Part shown: positions 45,059 through 55,845 of the stretch, piece by piece | Layout: the number at the start of each line of letters is the position of its first letter | Position numbering within the stretch: the first letter of the stretch is position 1 | Origin: Planctomycetota bacterium | GTDB taxonomy: Bacteria; Planctomycetota; JAJSAM01; JAJVHW01 | Direction: 5' to 3' | Assembly: GCA_021776825.1 (NCBI GenBank) | Contig: JAJFFG010000037.1 | Coordinates: 2,437-66,436, forward strand | Length of the DNA: 64,000 bases | Position numbers and translations under genes: made by a program | Notes under the pieces: model-generated | What the model was told of the DNA's origin: nothing | What the model saw: the letters and a program-made list of their open reading frames with translations, nothing else | Database searches by the model: none

Positions 45059-48000
45059 CTACCAGCCCAGACTGAGTGCCAGCGCCGCGACCGCCATCGC
45101 GCGGCCGATGCGCGTGATCTTCTTCGCGTCGACGTGCTCGAGGGTGTCGCTCGTCGAGTGCATCGCGCGGTAGTCACCCGACCAGAGGTCCACGGCCGGC
45201 AGACCGGCTTCGTGGAACGGCCAGTGGTCGCTCCCGTGCGCGAACGCGAACCGATCGATGTCCTTACCGACGTTGGTCGCCGACTGCGCCAGTGCGGCCT
45301 CGACGACGCGAGCCAGTCGCGGATGGTGCGAGATCCCCACGATGTTGACGTCGGCCACGCCGCGGCGGCCGATCGTGTCCGCGTTCACCACGGCCGAGAC
45401 GCTTCCCGGCTTCATCGTCTGCACGAAGTGGCGGCTGCCGCGCAGTCCCCACTCCTCGGCGCCGAACGCGACGAACAGGACGTCCCGTCCGATCAGGTCC
45501 ACGTGCGCGGAGAGGATGTTGGCCGCCTCGATCAGCGCCGTCACTCCCGAGGCGTTGTCGTCTGCGCCCGGGAACCCGGGGCCGAGATGGTCCGCGTGCG
45601 CTCCCAGCAGCACGGCGCCGTCCCCGCTCGCCTCACCGGCGCGGAGCCGAGCGACGACGTTGCGACTCGTCACCTCGAACTGGGCGAACCGAACGCGCAG
45701 GCTGAGCGACTTCGCGTCGGCATCGAAGTCGTGCGGAACGACCAGGGTGGGCAGCGGTAGCTCGTCGTCCGATCCGCGCCGCGCGGCAGTCCCGGACGCG
45801 CGCAGCAGCGCGTCGCCGTGGCCGCCGGTCTTGCGTCGCTTCGCCAGACGTGCCGTGATGTCCGGGTGCAGCGACTCCGGCGTCTCCCAGAGCTCGGCGA
45901 TGCGAGGCGTGACCTTCTCGGGCAGACGCAGCAGGAGTGCGCTCGCGCCTGCGTCGCGCGCTACCAGACCGACGTCGCGCGCGAACGCGAGTGGGGCCTC
46001 CGACGCAGTGGGGAAGTCGAGCAGGAGTGCGCGCCCGGTCAGCTCGTCCGCCGGATCCGTGGCCACGCCCGCGACGACAATTCCCTCGGGGGGTGTCATG
46101 GCGGACGCCGTGAACGGGTGCGCGTCGGCGACGCTCACTCCGTCGAGTTGCACGACGGGCTCGATGTCGCGGCGTCGCACCGTGAACGTGAAGTCCTGCT
46201 CGCTGACCGTCAGTCCTGCCAGGCGGAACGCCTCGCTGATCCTGGCCAGGGCGCGACGTTCGCCATCGGTGCCGGCGAGTCGCCCGTCCATGCCTTCGCC
46301 GGTCAGGGTGGCGAGCATCTCCTCCGCCCGCGTGACGTCCTCGGCGGCTCGAACATCCGGCAGCACCCAGCGACTGGTCCGCTGAGGCGTCTCGGCTGCG
46401 GTGCGCTCCTTCGGCACGCGACCCTCGAAGACGATCCGACCGTCGTACTGGTAGTAGAAGAGCGCGCGCGCTCGACCGGCCAGCACCTCGGCCGGGCCCG
46501 TGAACGTCGTGATGAACTCGTTGGAATCGGCGGGGTTGCGCACGCTGGCGAGGATCGTCGTTGTCTCTCCGCCGCGACTGTCGAAGTGCTTCGGCAGGCT
46601 GGATCGCAGGGCCGCGAGCAGCGGCACTCGTTCCGCGTCGCCGAGGATCAGAAGCGAGGTTCCAGCGGGCGCGGTGGTGGGGGCCTCCGACGCCTTCGCG
46701 ACGCGCGCTCCCGCGCGTTGCGCCATCGCGGCGACGCCGGCGAGTGCCGCGTCGTCATCCGGATGGATCACGAGCACATCGGGCCGCGAGAGCGTCACGG
46801 CGAGACACGGCGGGACCTCCTCCGGTCCCAGGCGTCGAAACACGTGGAAGTCCGGGTCAGCGGTCACGCGGAGCGGCAGCGACGGCGCGAGCATCGTGAA
46901 CGAGGTCTCCTCCGTCGAGACGTCCACGAGCAGTTCCTCGCTGCCGTCGAGCAGCTCGGCCACGATCGGCACGGTCACGCGCCACGGCTCCTCGCCCTCG
47001 GCGAGACGCTGACGCAGCACGCCGGCGATCTGCAGACGGCCCATCGCCGTCGTGACCTTGACGTCGGAGAGCTCGAGCAGCGGGGCACCCGGGCGCTCCA
47101 ACCACTGCGCGAAGAACTCAGCGAGGTTGCGCTGCGACTCGGCCTCGAATGCGGCGCGCCAGCCATCCCAGCCGAGATGCTTCCCGGCGTGCTCGCGCGA
47201 GACCGTTCGCAGTGTGCGCCAGAACGCGTCGTCGCCGATCTCGCGGCGCAGCTGATGGAAGACCATCGACGCCTTGCCGTAGCCGATGTCGTTCTCGAAG
47301 TCCTCGCGCTTGCCGACGAACTTTCGCAGCGGGTAGTCGCGCTCCGGAGTGACGTTGATCGAGTACCGGATGCAGGTCCGCTCGCGGTGTCGTCGGGCCT
47401 CCTCCGGTCCCTGGCGCTCCTTGGCGAGGTAGTTGGAGCAGTAGGAGGTCAGGCCCTCGCACCAGTTGCCCGTCGCGTAGTCCGGGTAGACGAGGTTGCC
47501 CCACCAGCAGTGCACGATCTCGTGGTCGAGGTAGCCAGGCGGGATGCGCCCGGACCGGCGGCTCTCGCCCACCATGCGCGCCACGACGTGGCGCCCGAGC
47601 AGCGTGAACGCCGGCATGCCGTACCCGGTCGTGAACCAGTTCTCGACGATGTCGAAGCGGTCGTAGGCGTAGGGACCGAGCAGTTCGGAGTACGTGGCGA
47701 TCTCGCGTTCGGCAGCGTCGAGCAGGATGTCCGCACCGGCGGCGTTCTGCTCGGAGAGGTAGACCCCCAGCGTGACGGCGCCGGCCTGGCGGGTGACGTG
47801 CTTCCAGCGTCCGGCCACCAGTGCCAGTCCGTCTGCGGGCAGCCGACTGGTCCAGTGACTGAGTCGCCGGGTCTCGGTATCGCGGCGCTCGGCCAGTGAG
47901 CCCTGCGTGACCACGGAGTACGGCAACGGGACGTCCGCCCGCACCTCGAAGCGTGCGAGACCCCCGTCGTCGGCGTACCAGTACGTGCCCCCGGAGAGGT

Positions 48001-48448
48001 ACGCGCCCTCGGCGCAGACCACACCCCGGGACGAGTCGCCGACGACGAAGCCCAGCGCCTCGCTCTTCTCGACACCGTCCGCGATGGTCCCGGCGTAGCG
48101 GATCAGCAGGACCGCCTTGGGGCCGGGCTCCCGGGTGATCGCGAGCTTCCAAGTCGTCCGCCAGCCGTCGTCCGCGGTCTTCTCGAGCCCCTCGACAGCC
48201 TCGCCGTCGAGCTCGATGGCGGAGATCGCGAGGTTCGAGTTGAGGACGAAACTGAGCTCGCCGCCTCCGTCGCGCTGCACGACCATCCGGTCCTCGACTT
48301 CGATGCGCTGCGCGGCAGGCTCGAGGCTGATCCGGATCTCGTGGGACTCGATCGCAGGGTCCGCGAGGGCTGGGCTCGCCATCGCGATCAGGAGCGCGAG
48401 CGTGGCGGACGCGCGGAACGGGACGGATGATTCGCGACGCAGGGCTCA
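45059..48448 (-). CDS. Secreted fusion peptidase: N-terminal M1 (aminopeptidase N-like, HEIVH) + C-terminal M28 (PA-domain Zn aminopeptidase) domains
   Basis: HEIVHCWWGNLV...EG M1 zincin motif. C-terminal HADHLGPGFPGADDNASGVTALIEAAN...FVAFGAEEWGLRGSRHF M28 motif. First ATG is 48382. In-frame GTG at 48448 yields signal peptide MSPASRIIRPFRASATLALLIAMASPALA|DP. Confidence 0.7.
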
Positions 48449-48490
48449 CCTCCGAGGCTGTCGGGTGCCGATCGAGGAAGACCGGGCGTC

Positions 48491-49840
48491 TTGCCCGGAC
48501 GTCGGATCTTCGGCTCCGGAACCCAACCCCGCGAGGGAAACGTGTCGCGCCTGATTCAACGCTTCGTCGCACCGGCCTTGGTGGTTGCCGCCGCCATCGG
48601 CGTGGCGTCCACCCTGGCCGTGCCCGGCGACGGCGAGCCTGCGCCGGAGCCGACGCCCGAGGAGATCGCACGCATTGACGATCTGGTGCGGCGGTTCCAT
48701 CACGGGCAGCGCCTGTTCGGCAGCGGGAAGGACGAGCAGGCCGAGCAGGTCTTCCGCGATCTGATCGTGGATGCTCCCGAGACGCCCGAGATCTACCACG
48801 CCCTTGGGCTCCTGCTGGTGTTCCGCAAGCGACCCGACGAGGCGCTCGACGCGTTGCGAGAGGCCGTGCGCCTGGGGCCCGAGAACCCCGTGATCCTGCG
48901 GGATACCGGGCAGATTCTCCTCGATCGAGGAGCGGCGCGCGAGGCCGCACCGCTCTTCGCCCGAGCCCGCAAGGTCTGGCCACGCGAGGTCGAGGTCGCC
49001 GTCGGCCACGGCACGGCGCTCCGCGCTCTCGGGCGACTGGAGGAGGCCACCGCGGCCCTTCGCGCCGCACACGAGATTGATCCGGGCTCAGTCGACGCTC
49101 GCGTCGGACTCGCGGGCTGCATCCTGCTCGCCGAGCCGGCGGCCGCGCTCGACCTCGTCTCTGGTCTCCAGGTGGCCTGGCCAGACGTCGCACTCGTCCA
49201 CGGGCTGGCACTGGCGCGACTCGACCGCCATGACGAGGCACGGCCGCATCTCGTTCGCGCGGCGGACGGCGCCGCTCCGGGCGTGGCCGGGAGGGCGTAC
49301 CTGCAGGAAGCAGCCGAGGCGCTGGTCCGCACGGGACACGCCGGCGACGCAGCCCTGGTGGCCACGCGCTGGGTGGCGACGTTCGATCCGCCGTCAGCGC
49401 GCGCCTCGTTCTGTCTGGCCATGGCGCTCGCGGCCGACGGCAAGAGCGATCAGGCCCTCGCGGCGCTCGACGCTGTGCCCGCAGACGGCGCCGGCCCTGA
49501 GAGCGTCCGACGCCACGTCGCGCTCTTCCGCGCGGCGGTGATCCTGCGAGCGGGTGGAGTCGACGCTGCTCGTGCGGCGCTGACCGTCCTCGCTGACGCC
49601 GATACCGAGTCGTTCGAGCGAGCGGCAGCGCGTCGCGTCCTCGACCGCACGAAGGCCGACTGGGCCGCCGCGATCTCGACGACGCCTGGTCGCGCCAACG
49701 ACGTCGCGTGGATCGAGTCCCTGCGAGCCACGCTCGCGCTCGACACGGAGTCGGCTGCGGCACACGCCGCCCGCGCCCACGAGCTCAGCTCCCCGCCAGG
49801 GGAGTACCCGGGCCTGCTCGTCATGCCTCGCTCGGACTGA
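48491..49840 (+). CDS. Secreted TPR-repeat protein
   Basis: N-terminal hydrophobic segment RLIQRFVAPALVVAAAIGVASTLAVPG, multiple TPR-like helical pairs (EIYHALGLLLVFRKRPDEALDALREAVRL...). Confidence 0.6.
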   Translation: MPGRRIFGSGTQPREGNVSRLIQRFVAPALVVAAAIGVASTLAVPGDGEPAPEPTPEEIARIDDLVRRFHHGQRLFGSGKDEQAEQVFRDLIVDAPETPEIYHALGLLLVFRKRPDEALDALREAVRLGPENPVILRDTGQILLDRGAAREAAPLFARARKVWPREVEVAVGHGTALRALGRLEEATAALRAAHEIDPGSVDARVGLAGCILLAEPAAALDLVSGLQVAWPDVALVHGLALARLDRHDEARPHLVRAADGAAPGVAGRAYLQEAAEALVRTGHAGDAALVATRWVATFDPPSARASFCLAMALAADGKSDQALAALDAVPADGAGPESVRRHVALFRAAVILRAGGVDAARAALTVLADADTESFERAAARRVLDRTKADWAAAISTTPGRANDVAWIESLRATLALDTESAAAHAARAHELSSPPGEYPGLLVMPRSD

Positions 49841-49945
49841 CCGGCGCCCTGGTCGCGCCCTTGCGTTGGCCCCGTCTCGGGTCCGTTCGCTTCTCAGAGC
49901 GATCCCCGTCGAGGCAGCCTCACGCCCGCGCTACACTCCGCGGCC

Positions 49946-50785
49946 GTGGAAGAACGCGTGATCGCCGGTCGATACGAAGTGCTGGGTCGCCTCGGTGAAG
50001 GTGTGCTTGGCGAGGTCGTGAAGGTGCGGGACCGCACCGACGGCGAGATCAAGGCAGTGAAGCTCCTCAAGCCGAACTCGCTCGTGGGGACCACGCTGGG
50101 ACGCTTCCAGCGCGAGTTCCGTGTGATCTCGAACATCGACCATCGCAACATCGTGCGGGTCTACGACTTCGGGATGCACGACGGCGGGCAGCCCTACTTC
50201 TCGATGGAGCTGCTTCCGGGCAGCGATCTCGGCGCCTGGCGTGAGGCGTTCCGACCTGTCGAGGGGCAGGACGGCTACGAGGCGTTCGCTGGGAACGTGG
50301 CGTACATCTTTCATCAGGTCGCGGACGCGCTCGCGACGGTGCACCGAGCGGAGATCATTCACCGCGACCTCAAGCCGGAGAACATCTTCGTGCGTCCGGG
50401 GCGTCACCCGCGCGCGAAGCTGCTCGACTTCGGTCACGCTCGGGACAACGAGGGCGAGAACCTGACGCAGACGGGCACGGTGCTGGGGACGGCCTCCTAC
50501 ATCGCGCCGGAGCAGGCGATGGGGCGGACGCCCGCGCCGCCGGCCGATCTCTATGGCCTCGGCTGCGTTCTCTATCAGACGCTGACCGGCTCGCAGCCGT
50601 TCACGGGCACGTCGGTCGTGCAGGTCCTGATGGGGCACATCCAGAAGCCGCCGCCCGATCCGCGCGCTGCGGACCCTCGCGTTCCGGATCAGATCGCGGA
50701 CCTGTGCCTCCAACTGATGGCCAAGGACCCCGCCGAGCGCCCGGGCGGAGCCCAGGAGGTCGCGGATCTCCTGGTCGCGATGTAA
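49946..50785 (+). CDS. Ser/Thr protein kinase (catalytic domain only)
   Basis: Glycine loop LGEGVLGEV, VAIK-like IKAVK, HRDLKPEN, DFG, APE motifs. 279 aa with no regulatory extension. Confidence 0.9.
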   Translation: MEERVIAGRYEVLGRLGEGVLGEVVKVRDRTDGEIKAVKLLKPNSLVGTTLGRFQREFRVISNIDHRNIVRVYDFGMHDGGQPYFSMELLPGSDLGAWREAFRPVEGQDGYEAFAGNVAYIFHQVADALATVHRAEIIHRDLKPENIFVRPGRHPRAKLLDFGHARDNEGENLTQTGTVLGTASYIAPEQAMGRTPAPPADLYGLGCVLYQTLTGSQPFTGTSVVQVLMGHIQKPPPDPRAADPRVPDQIADLCLQLMAKDPAERPGGAQEVADLLVAM

Positions 50786-50789
50786 CTCC

Positions 50790-53570
50790 GTGCGTGGTCT
50801 CCGCCTGCTGCCGTTCGCTCTCGTCGCCGCGTGTGCTGCGCCGACGGCCGGAACGGCGCCGCGGCCGACTCGCGTGGACCTGGATCCCGCCGCTCCGCTC
50901 GACGACCGCCTGCCGGCGCTTCCCGAGAAGACCGACCACCCGTACGAGCCGTGGCTCTTCGACGTCCGCCACTACGACATCGACGTCGCCCTCGATTTCG
51001 AACGGGAGAGCGTCGACGGGCGGGTCACGATCACGTTCCGCACGCTGCACGATGCGCCGCCGATCCTGCCGCTCGACATCGTCGGGCTCGAGATCCAGAG
51101 CGTCACCGACGGCGATGGCGTCGAGGTTGCGTACCGCGTCGACGGCGATCGGCTCCTCCTGGGGCTCGGCGCTGGCTTCCTGATCGGCGAGGAGCGCACG
51201 GTCGAGATTGCGTACCGCGGCACGCCGCGTCGCGGCCTGTACTTCAATCGAGTGCCCGCGGGAGACCCGGCCGCTCGGCTCCAGGCGTTCACGCAGGGAG
51301 AGTGTGAGGACACCCGCCACTGGCTGCCCTGCCACGACTTCCCCGATGACCGGGCGACCTCGACCACGCGCGTGACGGTGCCGACCGGGATGCACGTCGC
51401 CGCGGCCGGTGAACTCGAGGGGGTCACCAAGGCGTCGCGCGGACGAAGCACGTGGACGTATCGCATGGACGTGCCACACGTCAGCTACCTGACGACGATC
51501 GTGGCCGGCGGCTACGAGGTGGTCCGGGAAGACGGTCCGGTCCCGCTCGAGTTCGTTGCCGACGAGCGGGACGCCGAGCACGCGGCGTACTCGCTGCGGA
51601 AGACCGACGAGATCCTGCGCTTCTTCGGCGAGTACACCGGGCGGTCGTATCCCTACGCGCGCTACGCCCAGTGTTGCGTCCGCGACTTCATGTTCGGCGG
51701 CATGGAGAACATCACTGCGACCACCCTCACCGACGGGACGGTGCATCCGCCGCACTGGGAGCCCGCTCGGACGAGCCACGGGCTCGTGGCGCACGAGGCC
51801 GCGCATCAGTGGTTCGGCGATCTCATCACGTGTCGCGACTGGTCACACATCTGGCTGAACGAGGGCTTCGCGACCTACTTCACGCAGCTCTGGCGCGAGC
51901 ACGACGAGGGCGAGGCCGCGTTCCTCGCCGCCATGCGCGGGACGATGAACGGCGCGACCCGAGCCTGCGAGCGCGCCCGCCGCCCCGCGATCTCGAACCG
52001 CTACGCCGACCCGTTCGACCTGTTCTTCGACGGTCACGCCTACGGCGGCGGCGCCGCACGCCTGCACATGCTGCGAATCGAGCTCGGCGACGAGACCTTC
52101 CGGAAGGGCGTTCGCCTCTACGTGGAGCGACATGCCGGGACCGTGGCCACCACGCGCGAGCTCGAGCGCGCGATGTCCGATGCGGCGGGGCAGGACCTGC
52201 GCTGGTACTTCGATCAGTGGCTCCGCACCCCGGGGCGTCCCAAACTGAAGGTGCGCTGGACGTGGGACGACGCCGCCCGCGCTCTGCGCGTGACCGTGAA
52301 GCAGACGCACGACGAGAAGGCGTTCCCGAAGACCTATCGCCTCTCGTTGGACATCGCCTGCGACCTTGCCCGCGGCCGCAGCGAGACGGTCCGCCTCGCG
52401 GTCTCGAAGCGCGAGGAGACCTTCGAGATCGCGCTGCCGAACCAGCCGCGTCTGGTGCGGGTCGACCCGCGCCGCGGGCTGATTGCCCGGATCGATCTCG
52501 AGCGGACTCCGGAGGCGTGGACGGCGCTCGCTCGCACTGATCCAAGCCCCGGGGGGCGCCTGGACGCCGTCGAGGCCCTCGGTGCGATCGCGCGCGACCG
52601 CAAGCGGGACGCGAAGGTGCGGACGGCGGCTCGCGAGACCCTCCTGGCCGCGATGGACGATCCGTTCCATCAGGTGCGCACAACTGCGCTCCGTCAGGTG
52701 AAGCGTTCGGGCGGCGTCGACGTGACGGCGGAACTGCTCTCGCTCTACGAGCGCGACGAGGACCTCCGCGTGCGGCTGGCGGTGCTCGGCGCGCTGCGCG
52801 ATCGCGACGGGGATGACGCCGCTCGTGCGGCCCTCCGCGCTGCGGCGACTTCGGATCACGACCTCGTGCGGGCAGAGGCCCTGCCGGGCGTCGGGCGGCT
52901 GGCGGGTCCCGGTGCGTTCGAACTGCTCGTCGCGGCCGTCGACTGGCCCGGCTGGCACTCACGTGCGCGCGGGGCAGCGCTGGGCGCCCTCGCTGACCTC
53001 GGCGACGAGCGGGCGTTTCCCCTCCTCGTCCGGTATGCCGCCGTAGAGGCCGACCCGCGAAGTCGATCCGCCGCGATCCGAGCCCTCGGCCGGATGGGGG
53101 CGGAGCGTCCCGAGTACACCGATGCCGTGCTGGCGCACCTGTACGACGAGCGCAGCGGGATCCGCAAGGCGGCCATCGACGCCGCTGGCGCGCTGGCCGA
53201 TCCGGGAGCGCTGGCTCCGCTCGTCGCGGCGTTCCACCGGGAGACGTGGAAGCCGAACCGCCGTGCGCTGCGCCGTGCGATCGAGGCCTGTCGTCGCACC
53301 GCGGTCGATCGGGGCGAGTGGGTCACGATCGAGGCCGCCCGCGGCGGACGCCTCCGTGAGGAGCATGCGGCTCTCCGCGACGGCTCGACGACGGACGCAG
53401 CGGCCCGCCGGAAGCGGCTTCGGGAGCTGAAGAAGGAGCTCGACGCCCTCGGCGTGCGGCCGTTGCCCGCCCCGAAGAAGGCCCCGAAGAAGGCCCCGAA
53501 GAAGGCACCGAAGAAGGCACCGAAGAAGGCCGGGGCCCCCAAGAAGGGCCCGAAGAACGCTCCGAAGTAG
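50790..53570 (+). CDS. pepN: Aminopeptidase N (M1 family) with C-terminal HEAT-like repeats and Lys/Ala/Pro-rich KKAP-repeat tail
   Basis: GAMEN-type FGGMENI and HEAAHQWFGD...E zincin motifs. Signal/lipoprotein-like N-terminus LVAACAAP. C-terminus KKAPKKAPKKAPKKAPKKAGAPKKGPKNAPK. Confidence 0.85.
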   Translation: MRGLRLLPFALVAACAAPTAGTAPRPTRVDLDPAAPLDDRLPALPEKTDHPYEPWLFDVRHYDIDVALDFERESVDGRVTITFRTLHDAPPILPLDIVGLEIQSVTDGDGVEVAYRVDGDRLLLGLGAGFLIGEERTVEIAYRGTPRRGLYFNRVPAGDPAARLQAFTQGECEDTRHWLPCHDFPDDRATSTTRVTVPTGMHVAAAGELEGVTKASRGRSTWTYRMDVPHVSYLTTIVAGGYEVVREDGPVPLEFVADERDAEHAAYSLRKTDEILRFFGEYTGRSYPYARYAQCCVRDFMFGGMENITATTLTDGTVHPPHWEPARTSHGLVAHEAAHQWFGDLITCRDWSHIWLNEGFATYFTQLWREHDEGEAAFLAAMRGTMNGATRACERARRPAISNRYADPFDLFFDGHAYGGGAARLHMLRIELGDETFRKGVRLYVERHAGTVATTRELERAMSDAAGQDLRWYFDQWLRTPGRPKLKVRWTWDDAARALRVTVKQTHDEKAFPKTYRLSLDIACDLARGRSETVRLAVSKREETFEIALPNQPRLVRVDPRRGLIARIDLERTPEAWTALARTDPSPGGRLDAVEALGAIARDRKRDAKVRTAARETLLAAMDDPFHQVRTTALRQVKRSGGVDVTAELLSLYERDEDLRVRLAVLGALRDRDGDDAARAALRAAATSDHDLVRAEALPGVGRLAGPGAFELLVAAVDWPGWHSRARGAALGALADLGDERAFPLLVRYAAVEADPRSRSAAIRALGRMGAERPEYTDAVLAHLYDERSGIRKAAIDAAGALADPGALAPLVAAFHRETWKPNRRALRRAIEACRRTAVDRGEWVTIEAARGGRLREEHAALRDGSTTDAAARRKRLRELKKELDALGVRPLPAPKKAPKKAPKKAPKKAPKKAGAPKKGPKNAPK
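53470..53567 (+). repeat. 12-bp tandem repeat (ccgaagaaggcc x5 plus degenerate copies) encoding the KKAP tail of pepN
   Basis: Read directly at 53472-53567. Confidence 0.85.
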
Positions 53571-53901
53571 TTCACCGGCTCGTCCGAGGGCGAGATGCCC
53601 CCGAATTCGGCGTGTCCACACACGGCTCTCGCGCGCGGCAGCGCCTCCGATCTCGTGGTGCGGGACCCGTGTGACGCAGGCGGAGCACAGGCTCGACTCA
53701 CCGCTCCGCGCACGGTTCGCGTTCTCGTTGCGAGAAGTTCGAGGCACAGGCTCCATCTCAGAGTGAGAAACGCGGCCCCAGGCTCGCGTCCTGTGCGGGT
53801 CCGACCCGATCTCTCTAGTGCAGCCGGCGCCCCGGGGTGTCTGTCGAGGCCGCAAGCGCGGTCGGGACCCCCGGGAGCGACCGGTTGAGGAGGGCCTGTC
53901 A

Positions 53902-54144
53902 GTGTTTCGAGCGACGCTCGTGACCGGCTTCTTCCTCAGCGTCGCCGCCCTCGCGGGCGGCGTGCTGCGCCTGACCGAGGTCAGCACAGCGGGTGAGGTG
54001 GAGTTCCGCCCCCGCATCGATCGCGCCGCGCTCACGTGGTACGTGGAGCGCGCCGTCGAGGTGATCGACGAGGCCCGTGGCGACGCCCCGATCGAGGGCG
54101 TTGAGCAGGCTTCGCTGCCCGTGCGCCCCGCCGCTCCCGAGTAG
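53902..54144 (+). CDS. Small hypothetical membrane protein upstream of nuoA
   Basis: GTG start with GAGGAGGG SD 7 nt upstream. N-terminal TM VFRATLVTGFFLSVAALAGGVL. 80 aa. Confidence 0.4.
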   Translation: MFRATLVTGFFLSVAALAGGVLRLTEVSTAGEVEFRPRIDRAALTWYVERAVEVIDEARGDAPIEGVEQASLPVRPAAPE

Positions 54145-54349
54145 CCCCCCGCTCCGTCGGAGCACGTCACGGGGGCGTCCCCCCGAATTGGCTCGTCGGG
54201 TCGCGCGATCCTTCTTATAGGTTGCGGCAACCGTTCTCAGAACGGGGTGGGCGTGAGGTGGTTTCGGGGCGTCTCGGCGGACGTCGTGGCTGCTCCAGTG
54301 ACGTCCCGCTCTGTCCCCGCGAGCGCGATGCACTCGGTCTGGATCCGCG

Positions 54350-54742
54350 TTGAACGACTACCTGCCCGTCCTCTTCATGGCGCTCTTCGGAGTGTTGTTC
54401 GCGACTGCGGCCCTCGGTGTGTCCGCACTGCTGGGTCAGCGTGGACGGCAGAACCGCGTCAAGAACACGCCGTACGAGTGCGGCATGCCGATCGAGAGCC
54501 ATGCCCACGCGCGATTCAGCGTGAAGTTCTACATCGTGGCGATGCTCTTCATCCTGTTCGACGTCGAGGTGGTCTTCATGTACCCCTGGGCGGTCTCGTT
54601 CGGGAACAGCGACTTCGCTCGCGACGCGTTCCCCGGCACCGGGCTCTTGCTGGCCGAGGCGGCCGCCTTCGTGGTGGTGCTCTTCCTCGGCTGGGTCTAC
54701 GTGGTGAAGAAGGGAGTCCTCGAGTGGCATCAGGAAGCCTGA
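54350..54742 (+). CDS. nuoA: NADH-quinone oxidoreductase subunit A
   Basis: [17 protein letters not shown]...[41 protein letters not shown]. Confidence 0.95.
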   Translation: MNDYLPVLFMALFGVLFATAALGVSALLGQRGRQNRVKNTPYECGMPIESHAHARFSVKFYIVAMLFILFDVEVVFMYPWAVSFGNSDFARDAFPGTGLLLAEAAAFVVVLFLGWVYVVKKGVLEWHQEA

Positions 54743-54795
54743 CATCTCTCCACGTCGGTGAGTCGCAGGAGGAGGGCGGCGCCCTCGTCACGAGC

Positions 54796-55269
54796 GTGGA
54801 CGCGGTCGTGAACTGGGCGCGTCGTAACTCGATCTGGCCGTTGCCACTCGGGCTCTCGTGCTGCGCGATCGAGTTCATGGCGACGGCCGCCTCGCGCTTC
54901 GACATGGCTCGGTTCGGCGCCGAGGTCGCACGCTTCTCGCCGAAGCAGGCCGACCTGATGCTCGTGGCCGGCACCCTCACCTACAAGATGGGCGAGGCCT
55001 GCCGCCGGCTCTACGACCAGATGGCCGAGCCGAAGTGGGTCATCGCGATGGGCGCCTGCGCGTCGACGGGCGGCATGTTCCGCAGCTACCCCGTCATGCA
55101 GGGCATCGATCACGTGATCCCCGTGGACTACTACATCCCGGGGTGCCCCCCGCGGCCAGAGATGGTCCTGAACGCCATCATCCACCTGCAGAAGACGATC
55201 TCGGAGGAGCGCTCCCACAAGCGCCTCCAGCTCACGAGCATCCTCGGCGGCGGCGAGAAGGAAGAGTAG
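54796..55269 (+). CDS. nuoB: NADH-quinone oxidoreductase subunit B (start uncertain; GTG at 54796 chosen)
   Basis: [23 protein letters not shown]...CPPRPE conserved NuoB cysteines. The ORF is open upstream to 54247 in a frame overlapping nuoA. Confidence 0.85.
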   Translation: MDAVVNWARRNSIWPLPLGLSCCAIEFMATAASRFDMARFGAEVARFSPKQADLMLVAGTLTYKMGEACRRLYDQMAEPKWVIAMGACASTGGMFRSYPVMQGIDHVIPVDYYIPGCPPRPEMVLNAIIHLQKTISEERSHKRLQLTSILGGGEKEE

Positions 55270-55275
55270 GCGCGG

Positions 55276-55845
55276 GTGAGCGAGTCCACGAGCGCCGCGA
55301 CCGGGGAATCTCCCCAGAGCGAGTCACCGACCGAGTCGGCGGCCGTGCAGGCCATCCGTGCCCGCTGGGGCGCTGACGTCGACCTCGCCGAGGAGAACCG
55401 CGGCCAGTGGCGCGTCGAGCTCAGGCGGCGCGAGCCACTGAACGACATCGTCGACCACCTCGTCGAGGAGCCGTCGCTGCGGTTCGACTTCTGCGTCGAT
55501 GTCACCGCGCTCGACCACTACGGCGAGGAGCCGCGTTTCCGCGCCGTGTACGTGCTCCGGAGCATGCAGCTCCGCGAGGACCTCGTGCTCAAGGTGCCGG
55601 TTCCGGAGGAGGACTGCTGGGCACCGAGCCTGACGGGCCGCTTCCGCACCGCCGACTGGCTGGAGCGCGAGGCCTACGACATGTTCGGCATCACGTTCCG
55701 TGGTCACCCGAACATGATCCGCATCCTGATGCCGGACATCTTCGAGGACCACCCGCTGCGCAAGGACTTCCCCATGGAAGGGCGCATGACGGATCAGGAA
55801 TGGGCGGAGTGGATCATCGCCCGCGCCCAGCGCGAGGAGGCCTGA
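55276..55845 (+). CDS. nuoC: NADH-quinone oxidoreductase subunit C
   Basis: 30-kDa subunit motifs EREAYDMFGITFRGHPNMIRILMPDIFEDHPLRKDFP. Confidence 0.9.
   Translation: MSESTSAATGESPQSESPTESAAVQAIRARWGADVDLAEENRGQWRVELRRREPLNDIVDHLVEEPSLRFDFCVDVTALDHYGEEPRFRAVYVLRSMQLREDLVLKVPVPEEDCWAPSLTGRFRTADWLEREAYDMFGITFRGHPNMIRILMPDIFEDHPLRKDFPMEGRMTDQEWAEWIIARAQREEA

Noticed and set aside
47118-49763. 881-aa minus-strand ORF
   Set aside because: Extremely Arg/Pro/Gly-rich. Antisense to the M1-M28 peptidase and TPR genes, which have clear motifs.
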